Assembly: GCA_963713865.1 (NCBI GenBank)
Contig: OY970208.1
Coordinates: 512,001-576,000 of the forward strand
Direction: 5' to 3'
Source: an uncultured candidate division Zixibacteria bacterium
GTDB lineage: Bacteria > Zixibacteria > MSB-5A5 > RBG-16-43-9
Length of the DNA stretch: 64,000 bases
Shown: positions 56,947 through 64,000 of the stretch, in pieces
Position numbering within the stretch: position 1 is the first letter of the stretch
Layout: every line of letters starts with the position of its first letter
Notes under the pieces: generated by a model
Seen by the model: only the letters and a program-made list of their open reading frames with translations
Database searches by the model: none
Told to the model about the DNA's origin: nothing
Translations under genes and position numbers: made by a program

Positions 56947-58520
56947 AGATAAAGGGTTTTATTAAATTTCTTTATAGGAAGATGAGAAAGAGATTAATTT
57001 TTCTATTCTTTTTACTACTAACTATCCCCTATCTGCCAATCAGAGCCGGTCAGATGGAGACTTTGCCGGTCGGGGATAAAAGCTATAGCTGGATATACGA
57101 TTTCATAGAAAAACTCTACCTCCGGGGTTATTTGAAAGAGATCCATATAGGGACCAAACCTTATTATCGGGGTGAGATTGCTTCTGCATTGCTTAATTTA
57201 AAAACAAAGATAGAAAAAGAGAGTCTTCAACTAAACCCTTTTGAAAAATATGTTTTTTCAGAGTTAGAAACAGAATTTGAGCCGGAGATGAAAAGCTTAG
57301 GTGATAAAAACAGATTAAAATGGGGGATAGATTTTCTGGAGAACAGCAATCTTACTTCCAACCACAAATCTATCTTCTATGAATCTTTTCTACCCTATCT
57401 CCAGGCAGATATGGGAGACAAATTCTCCTTAATCTGTCGTTACAGCATTGATGAAAATTTAGCTAAAGATTCCACTTATACTGGAAAGGTCTGGAAAGGT
57501 TTTGCCGGGGATGCGGTTCAAGCTTATCTTTCCTTTAAGTTACCCTGGTTTAATTTATTTCTGGGCAGAGAAAATCTTTCCTGGGGACAAAACTTGATAT
57601 TATCTCCTTCCTCACCACCTATGGATATGCTGAAGCTTGAAGGAAAATGGGGCTTTTTAAAGGCAACCTCCTTTTTTGCTCAACTCGACCCTGTGGAAAT
57701 AACTGATAGCACCGGCACGAGCGAGATTCGAAGATACCTGTCAGCCCACAGATTAAGTTTTAAGATAAAAGAGTTTTTGCAAGTCGGCTTTTCGGAGACG
57801 GTTATCTACGGAGGTAAGAACAGATGGTTTGAGCTTTATTATCTTAATCCCTTATTATGGTTTCACGGTTCTCAATTGAATGAGGGCGAAGATGACAATA
57901 CCTTTATAGGATTTGATTTCAATTTTACCCCATTAAAAAAATTTATACTTTATGGAGAGCTTTTGATAGATGATTTTCAGATAGAGAATAAAAGCGCCTC
58001 AGACAAAGAGCCGAACGAGCTCGGATATTCCATTGGCTTAAAAGCTGGCGACCTTTTAGGCTTGAACGGTTCTGAGTTCAACTTTGAATACTTGAGGGTA
58101 AACAACTGGACCTATAACCAGAAATATCCCTGGAATAGATACCTCTTCAAAAATAAGACGATTGGAAACCCCTTGGGTCCGGACGCAGACAATCTTTTCA
58201 TCTTAATTGGAGGTTATCTCAGAAAAGGGTTGGAAGCCAGACTTTCTTATGAGTTAACCCATAAAGGGGAAGGAAAAATTACTTCTGTATGGTACGAGCC
58301 CTGGCTTTATGTAGAAGATTACCGGGAAAAATTCCCCAGCGGGATTGTGGAGAGGACTGATGATTTCCAGCTTTCCCTTACTTATCATTACAGAAATTTG
58401 CTCAAGGCAACCCTTGCCGGTGAGTTTGTCAAAATTTCAAATAGTAATAATATCTCAGGATCAGACGATAATCAAACGGGACTCTCGCTTTTCATCCATT
58501 ATCATTTTGTAAGAAGATAG
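56943..58520 (+). CDS. Capsule assembly Wzi-family protein (paralog of 22564)
   Basis: KPYYRG, RYLSAHR, SETVIYGG, YYLNP, ELLIDD, GPDAD, FPSG. Confidence 0.75.
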   Translation: MKIKGFIKFLYRKMRKRLIFLFFLLLTIPYLPIRAGQMETLPVGDKSYSWIYDFIEKLYLRGYLKEIHIGTKPYYRGEIASALLNLKTKIEKESLQLNPFEKYVFSELETEFEPEMKSLGDKNRLKWGIDFLENSNLTSNHKSIFYESFLPYLQADMGDKFSLICRYSIDENLAKDSTYTGKVWKGFAGDAVQAYLSFKLPWFNLFLGRENLSWGQNLILSPSSPPMDMLKLEGKWGFLKATSFFAQLDPVEITDSTGTSEIRRYLSAHRLSFKIKEFLQVGFSETVIYGGKNRWFELYYLNPLLWFHGSQLNEGEDDNTFIGFDFNFTPLKKFILYGELLIDDFQIENKSASDKEPNELGYSIGLKAGDLLGLNGSEFNFEYLRVNNWTYNQKYPWNRYLFKNKTIGNPLGPDADNLFILIGGYLRKGLEARLSYELTHKGEGKITSVWYEPWLYVEDYREKFPSGIVERTDDFQLSLTYHYRNLLKATLAGEFVKISNSNNISGSDDNQTGLSLFIHYHFVRR

Positions 58521-58528
58521 GGGGCAAT

Positions 58529-59926
58529 ATGATAAAGGAAAACGAATTTTTTTATAAAAGACTACATTTCTTGACAGACCTTTTTCTCACCATCCTGGCT
58601 TTATATTTATCCTTATATCTGGGTAGCCAAGACCAGTACCTGGAAAATATCTTTGTCCAGGAACTCTTACTTTTTATCCTTCCGGTCTGGAGTTTCTTTT
58701 TCTTAACTGATAAAACCGCCTATAAATATCGCCAGACCAGCTTAGCCCGGATATTTAAAAACCTTCTTTCTCCATATTTAAAAAGCTTTACCCTCTTTAT
58801 CCTGCTTCTTTTTATCTCAAATTCTCTGAACCAGAATTTTAAAATTACAGCTTTATTCTTTGGGTTCAATCTATTATTCCTGTCCTCTATAAGAGGAGGA
58901 ATCAAGCTTTTCTTAAAGATAAGAAATTCCAATGGAAATCATCTAAAGTATGTCTTGCTAATTGGAACCGGTAGCCTGGCTCAGGACTTTATTCAGAAAG
59001 TAAAAGAGAATAAGGACTGGAGAGTTAAAATCTCAGGTCTTTTAGACTGGGAGGAGTCTAAAAAAGGAAAGTTAATTTCCGGGATAAAGGTAATTGGTAC
59101 TCTGGCAGACCTGCCTCAGATTATAAAAAACTCTCATTTAGATTATATAGTCTATGCAGTTCCCAAAAGGTTTTTGAATACAATCGAGGATAGCCTTTCC
59201 ATCTGCGAGAAGATGGGTGTTTCAACCTGTATCTCAGCAGATTATTTCCCTAAAAGTTCTGCTAATCAGAAACTCTTAACCCTTGAGGATAAACCATTTA
59301 TTCTGAACAAACCTGCTCCAGGAAAAGATGAGATGATTTTAGCTAAAGAATTTTTAGACCGAATTTTATCTTTCGTCTTTATAGCTTTATTCTCTCCTCT
59401 TTTTCTTTTAACTGCTCTTTTGGTGAAATTAAGCTCAAAAGGTCCTGTTCTCTTCAAGCAGCAAAGAGTGGGATTAAACGGCAGAAAGTTCACTTTATAT
59501 AAATTCAGGACTATGGTGAAGAATGCAGAACAGCTTCAAAAAACTCTCTTGGATAAAAACGAGATGGATGGTCCTGTTTTCAAGATAAAAGAAGACCCCC
59601 GGATCACCAGACTGGGCAAAACCTTAAGAAGAACCAGCCTGGATGAACTACCTCAGCTTTTTAATGTGCTTTTAGGCGATATGTCTTTAGTTGGTCCCCG
59701 ACCACCGCTGCCAGAGGAGGTAATCCAGTACGACCTGTATCATAGAAAAAGACTTTGTGTAAAGCCTGGTTTAACCTGTCTCTGGCAGGTAAATGGCAGA
59801 AACAAGCTAAACTTTGAGAAATGGATGGAGCTGGACTTAGAGTATATTGACAACTGGTCTTTGCTTTTAGATTTCAAGATTTTACTCAAGACCATCCCGG
59901 CAGTTCTTTCTGGAAGTGGAGTTTAA
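58529..59926 (+). CDS. Priming polyprenyl-phosphate glycosylphosphotransferase (WcaJ-like)
   Basis: GPVLFKQQRVG, KFRTM, DPRIT, SLDELPQL, GDMSLVGPRP, KPGLTCLWQV. Confidence 0.92.
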   Translation: MIKENEFFYKRLHFLTDLFLTILALYLSLYLGSQDQYLENIFVQELLLFILPVWSFFFLTDKTAYKYRQTSLARIFKNLLSPYLKSFTLFILLLFISNSLNQNFKITALFFGFNLLFLSSIRGGIKLFLKIRNSNGNHLKYVLLIGTGSLAQDFIQKVKENKDWRVKISGLLDWEESKKGKLISGIKVIGTLADLPQIIKNSHLDYIVYAVPKRFLNTIEDSLSICEKMGVSTCISADYFPKSSANQKLLTLEDKPFILNKPAPGKDEMILAKEFLDRILSFVFIALFSPLFLLTALLVKLSSKGPVLFKQQRVGLNGRKFTLYKFRTMVKNAEQLQKTLLDKNEMDGPVFKIKEDPRITRLGKTLRRTSLDELPQLFNVLLGDMSLVGPRPPLPEEVIQYDLYHRKRLCVKPGLTCLWQVNGRNKLNFEKWMELDLEYIDNWSLLLDFKILLKTIPAVLSGSGV

Positions 59927-60084
59927 AATATAAAGAGACTTTCATGTGACCGTCGTCCGCCTCAGGTGGACTGACCCGACGAAAAAAGTAGGGAGTGTAA
60001 ACCTTCAGGTTTACCAGTTTATTTCCGATATTAAAAAAGAAGTAGGTTTTATCGAAAAACATCTATTTAGAAGGAGTAATTAAA

Positions 60085-61488
60085 ATGAAAAAGGGGAGAA
60101 TAATACTTTGTTCTTTGTTGGTTCTTTCTGCAGCCTGGTTAAGCTTATCATATGCATATGATAATTCAGGATATGGTGCCAGAGCTACAGGTTTAGGGGC
60201 TTTTGTAGGACTGGCAGATGACCCCAGTGCTATTTTCTATAACCCAGCAGGGATTTCCCAGATAGATAATCCCCAGATCTATTTTATGTATGACAGGAGG
60301 TCAAAATTTACTTTCGCAGAGAGTGAAAACCCATACCTTTTATCCGGAGTTGGGGTTTATCCTTTAAACCAGAAAATAAGAGTTTTTATGGGTGGAAGCC
60401 AGAAAGGTTCTTGGGCAGATCCTACTAACATTGTTACTAATAACCAGGGAATTATCGGAGTTTCCGGATGGGTTATTCCTGACCTCTCCCTGGGAATTAA
60501 TGGAAAATTTCTCTACAATTCAAATTATGGCAAGAAAAAAGGGGCTGACTTCGATTTGGGTCTATTTTACAGAGTCTCCCCGAAGTTCTCTTTCGGAATT
60601 GCTTTAGAGAATGCATTAGCCACAGAGATGATCCCGGAAAACTCTGACACCTTAGGATATGCAGTCAGGGAGGGAAAATTGGGTTTAGCTTATCATCTTG
60701 ACCTGGAAAGACATTCAACCATCTTAGCTTGGGATTTAAAGGTAAAAAATTCAACTAAGCCGGAGAGCAAAACCTATACTTTGACCTCCCTTGGGATTGA
60801 AGAATGGATTTTGACTGGAAATGATTTGAGCTTTGGGTTAAGGGGTGGGTATACCGTTGGAAAAGAGTATGAGCAGGACTTAAGCCAGCCCAGTGCTGGA
60901 TTATCCATCAAATATAAAGGCGAAAGCCAAACCTTCCAGTTAGATTACAGCTTCCAGAAATATCCTTATAAAAGCGATGAAGGACTGACTGGTGACCACC
61001 GGCTCTCCTTCTCCATACTATTCGGAGGTACAGGCAAGAAAAAACAAGAATATGATTTTAGCCAGAAAGATATTTACGAAAGAGTTCCTGAACAAATAAT
61101 TTTCCCAGAAAAGAAAGCAGAAGAGAAAAAACCTATCGCTGTTCCTACGGGCATTCAGACCTTTAATCTCACCTCTTCAGTTGAGGAGCTATCTTCTGGC
61201 AGGAATCGCACCCTGATGTTTATGCTAAAACCGGAGTTCGAAGAGCAGATAGATTCCTGGAAACTTTATGTCTGCCAGGATAAGCCCTCTGGATTTGAGA
61301 CTGACCAATTAAAACCAGTCCTGTTAAAAATTGTAGATGGAAAAGGCCTACCCTCTTCCGGCATCATCTGGGATTGCAGATATAACGGAAAAACACTCAA
61401 AAAAGGAACCTACTATTATGCTATGGAATTAGTTGATACCAATGGTCAGAAATGGTATTCCCCCTGGAAAACCTTTAAGCTGAAATAA
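60085..61488 (+). CDS. Outer-membrane beta-barrel (PorV/PorQ/FadL-like) with C-terminal Ig-like domain
   Basis: Signal peptide; GARATGLGAFVGLADDPSAIFYNPAG; C-terminal WD..GKTLKKGTYYY. Confidence 0.7.
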   Translation: MKKGRIILCSLLVLSAAWLSLSYAYDNSGYGARATGLGAFVGLADDPSAIFYNPAGISQIDNPQIYFMYDRRSKFTFAESENPYLLSGVGVYPLNQKIRVFMGGSQKGSWADPTNIVTNNQGIIGVSGWVIPDLSLGINGKFLYNSNYGKKKGADFDLGLFYRVSPKFSFGIALENALATEMIPENSDTLGYAVREGKLGLAYHLDLERHSTILAWDLKVKNSTKPESKTYTLTSLGIEEWILTGNDLSFGLRGGYTVGKEYEQDLSQPSAGLSIKYKGESQTFQLDYSFQKYPYKSDEGLTGDHRLSFSILFGGTGKKKQEYDFSQKDIYERVPEQIIFPEKKAEEKKPIAVPTGIQTFNLTSSVEELSSGRNRTLMFMLKPEFEEQIDSWKLYVCQDKPSGFETDQLKPVLLKIVDGKGLPSSGIIWDCRYNGKTLKKGTYYYAMELVDTNGQKWYSPWKTFKLK

Positions 61489-61491
61489 ACC

Positions 61492-61880
61492 GTAGGGGCG
61501 AAACTGCGTGTTCGCCCTAAACGTTGGGGCAGGACATCGTCCTGCCCTTTTTTATTTATAGACATTAGGTTATCGTAGAGGGTTATGGTATACCGTGTTC
61601 CTCCCTTCAGGTAATCCCACCTTGCACGCAAGGTGGGACAATTAGATGTAGGATCTGCTCAGTCAGTATGTAGTTAACCCATATCCGCCCTTCGAGTACC
61701 TCAGGGTGGTGACAGTTCGATTTCTCTCACTGTCCCTGAGCACACTCGAAGGGAGTAAAGTCGAACTAAAGGACTGGTTGACAACCTGTTTTTATTTTTT
61801 TTGTCAAGCAGACTTTGCCATGCTTGACCTACATATTGTCCGATAAGTTTTTTTTCGTCGGGCATGAAATCCGACGCTAC
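61492..61880. repeat. Cluster of REP-like palindromes
   Basis: GTAGGGGCGAA..TTCGCCC; GGGCAGGAC..GTCCTGCCC; TCCCACCTTGC..GCAAGGTGGGA; TTCGA..CTCA..CCTGAG..TCGAAGG; TCAAGCA..TGCTTGACCTAC (relative at 31196). Confidence 0.7.
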
Positions 61881-61904
61881 ACCACGAAAAAATTCCATTT
61901 TCCC

Positions 61905-61932
61905 TTGACAACCCCCAAACTATCCCTATTTT
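61905..61932 (+). promoter_or_regulatory. sigma70 promoter of the pth-rpsF operon
   Basis: TTGACA-N16-TATTTT. Confidence 0.55.
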
Positions 61933-61996
61933 ATTACCCATCATAAATTTTGTTATTTTGTTTTTGTATTTTAAATTCAGACTTTGTGATTGAGAG

Positions 61997-62560
61997 ATGG
62001 TGAGATTAGTAGTAGGATTAGGAAATCCGGGTAGAAGGTATCAGAAGACTAGGCATAACTTAGGCTACCGGGTAGTTGACCTTTTAAGCGAGAAATATAA
62101 AAAGGGCTTCAAGGCAGGAAAGGGGGAATACCTTTACTGTCAGCTAAAAATTGAAGGTAAAGAGGTCTATCTTTTAAAACCTCTTACCTTTATGAACGAC
62201 AGCGGTCAGGCGGTTTTTGACTCCCTGAGTTTTTTTAACTTGACTCCGTCTGATCTTTTTGTTATATGTGATGATATAAATCTCCCCTTAGGTAAGCTAA
62301 GGCTAAGAGAGAAAGGAAGTGATGGAGGACATAAAGGCTTAAGCTCAATTATCTATCATCTGGTCTCGGAGGAGTTCCCCAGACTGAGACTGGGAATAGG
62401 TCCTCTTCCAGAGGATGAAGTATTAGAGAACTTTGTTCTAAAAAAGTTCAAAAAAGAAGAGGAAAAAAGCGTAGAAGAGATGATTTGTAAGGGGGCTTTA
62501 GCCGTTGAGAGTTCGATTATATTCGGATTAAAAGAAAGTATGAACCGATTAAATATGTAA
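61997..62560 (+). CDS. pth: Peptidyl-tRNA hydrolase
   Basis: GLGNPG, TRHNLG, KPLTFMN, GGHKG, RLRLGIG. Confidence 0.95.
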   Translation: MVRLVVGLGNPGRRYQKTRHNLGYRVVDLLSEKYKKGFKAGKGEYLYCQLKIEGKEVYLLKPLTFMNDSGQAVFDSLSFFNLTPSDLFVICDDINLPLGKLRLREKGSDGGHKGLSSIIYHLVSEEFPRLRLGIGPLPEDEVLENFVLKKFKKEEEKSVEEMICKGALAVESSIIFGLKESMNRLNM

Positions 62561-62571
62561 GGAGGTGAGTT

Positions 62572-62922
62572 TTGAAGAAATACGAGACTGTTTTTATCCT
62601 GGACCCGGGATTAGATGAGATCACCTGGGATAAAGAGGTAAAAAAACTTGAGGAGCTGATAGAAAACAATAAAGGTAAAATCATCCAGACCCAGCGCTGG
62701 GGATTGAGGAAACTATCCTACCACATAAAGAAAAAAAACGAGGGATATTACGTTTTAATCCAGTTTGAAGCTCCTGTAAGCCTGATCCGGGAACTTGACC
62801 GGTATTATAAACTGAACGAGAGCTGTCTTAGGTTCCTGAATGTTGTCCTGGAGGAGAAAAAAACTGTTCTGGAAAAAGATAAAGAGATTTCCCCTGTGGG
62901 TGGAAGTAAAGAGAAGGTGTAA
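62572..62922 (+). CDS. rpsF: 30S ribosomal protein S6
   Basis: KYETVFILDP, WGLRKLSYHIKK, GYY. Confidence 0.95.
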   Translation: MKKYETVFILDPGLDEITWDKEVKKLEELIENNKGKIIQTQRWGLRKLSYHIKKKNEGYYVLIQFEAPVSLIRELDRYYKLNESCLRFLNVVLEEKKTVLEKDKEISPVGGSKEKV

Positions 62923-62959
62923 ATCTAAGTTGAAAAAATGAGGATATAAGGAGGATTCG

Positions 62960-63403
62960 ATGTCCAATACCAGGCTGCCCCATCTGAACCGGGTTTTGAT
63001 CGTGGGAAACCTGACCAAGGACCCGGAATTGCGTTACACTTCGACTGGCGTTCCCGTGGCAAATTTCAGAATAGCTTCCAATAAGAAATACAAGGACAAC
63101 CTGGGGGAAAACAAGGAGGATGTCTGCTTTATTGGGGTAGTGGCTTGGCAGAAATTAGCTGAAAGCTGTACCAAATTTTTAAAAAAAGGGAGCGCAGTCT
63201 TAGTCGAAGGAGAACTGCGGAGCAGATTCAAAGAAAATGATGATGGTAGCAAAAGAAATTTAATCGAGATAAGAGCCTTCCAGATACAGTTTTTAGACAA
63301 AAAGACTGAAACTGTCCCGGTGGAGGAAACCAGCCTTTTTGATTTAAAATTTTCTGGAGAGGAAAACATCTCAGACTTAAGGAGCTCAATTGAGAATTTA
63401 TAA
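62960..63403 (+). CDS. ssb: Single-stranded DNA-binding protein
   Basis: [34 protein letters not shown]. Confidence 0.92.
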   Translation: MSNTRLPHLNRVLIVGNLTKDPELRYTSTGVPVANFRIASNKKYKDNLGENKEDVCFIGVVAWQKLAESCTKFLKKGSAVLVEGELRSRFKENDDGSKRNLIEIRAFQIQFLDKKTETVPVEETSLFDLKFSGEENISDLRSSIENL

Positions 63404-63425
63404 AAAGGAGGATAAAATTAAAACT

Positions 63426-63662
63426 ATGTTAGATGATCTGGAAAGAAGGAAAAAAAAGGTCTGTCGTTTCTGCGAGGATAAATTGAAGGTCATTGATTAT
63501 AAAGACGAAAAGCTGCTTAGAAGATTTATCACTGACCGGGGGAAGATAATCCCCAGGCGAATCACTGGCAACTGTGCCAGCCATCAAAGGGAGATAACCC
63601 ACGCCATAAAGCGAGCCCGGCATATAGCTCTGCTCCCCTTCACCACCGAGACCTATAGATAA
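63426..63662 (+). CDS. rpsR: 30S ribosomal protein S18 (Zn-binding type)
   Basis: [26 protein letters not shown]. Confidence 0.95.
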   Translation: MLDDLERRKKKVCRFCEDKLKVIDYKDEKLLRRFITDRGKIIPRRITGNCASHQREITHAIKRARHIALLPFTTETYR

Positions 63663-63683
63663 GATAAAGATGCAGAGGAGAAA

Positions 63684-64000
63684 ATGAAGATAATCTTAAA
63701 AGAGGATTTAAAGGATTTGGGAAAATGCGGTGAGGTAATCCAGGTCAAAGATGGTTATGCCCGGAATTACCTTTTCCCCAAGAACTTAGCCATACCTGCT
63801 ACTAAAGGAAACCTCAGGTCGATAAATGAGGTCACCCGTCAGAAGAAGATCCGGGACGATAAAAAGATAAAAGGGGATGAGAAGCTAAAAGCTGATTTGG
63901 AGAAGATTTCCATCACGGCTGAGGTCAGGGTGGGAGAAGAGGATCGGATCTTCGGCTCCGTAACCTCTCAGGATATAGCCGGGCTTTTAAAAGAGAAGGG
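63684..64000 (+). CDS. rplI: 50S ribosomal protein L9 (runs off the window end)
   Basis: MKIILKEDLKDLGKCGEVIQVKDGYARNYLFP, IFGSVT. Confidence 0.95.
   Translation, partial: MKIILKEDLKDLGKCGEVIQVKDGYARNYLFPKNLAIPATKGNLRSINEVTRQKKIRDDKKIKGDEKLKADLEKISITAEVRVGEEDRIFGSVTSQDIAGLLKEK

Noticed and set aside
773-63623. Numerous antisense or overlapping ORFs in the track (e.g. 773-1135, 4614-5231, 10658-11002, 27396-27803, 63034-63369)
   Set aside because: They shadow well-supported genes and have no motifs or RBS
1-64000. CRISPR array or cas genes
   Set aside because: No regularly spaced direct repeats; the palindromes are heterogeneous and dispersed

Overview
64 kb of AT-rich chromosome from a diderm bacterium. 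It has Skp, Wzi and beta-barrel proteins together with spoVG and a c-di-AMP riboswitch; the gene content looks Zixibacteria/FCB-like, which is my inference only. From left to right: (1) a c-di-AMP riboswitch-controlled APC permease-Usp-TrkA-TrkA K+ operon; (2) an IS1202/ISNCY-type IS that abuts a 5'-truncated gene; (3) an ABC-2 exporter operon behind a candidate leader-peptide (MRLR...) attenuator; (4) a Met/Cys-rich Spy-like protein; (5) an integrase-less integron cassette array (attI-like site, 2 attC; protease, R-M pair and Zn-finger microprotein cassettes); (6) lon, ychF and a HAD gene; (7) ispE-spoVG-tRNA-Gln-prs-rplY; (8) a ~34 kb surface-glycan region; (9) pth-rpsF-ssb-rpsR-rplI. The glycan region holds rmlACBD, a PEP-CTERM protein, Wzb/Wzc/Wzx/Wzy/Wzi, glycosyltransferases, six methyltransferase domains, a radical SAM enzyme and a GDP-heptose pathway with its own transaldolase. 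The most striking non-coding signal is a ~190-nt sigma54-promoter plus structured GGA-rich leader present in two diverged copies, each heading a glycan operon. Six single-base homopolymer frameshifts are most likely consensus errors. All calls come from reading the sequence by eye; no database searches were run.
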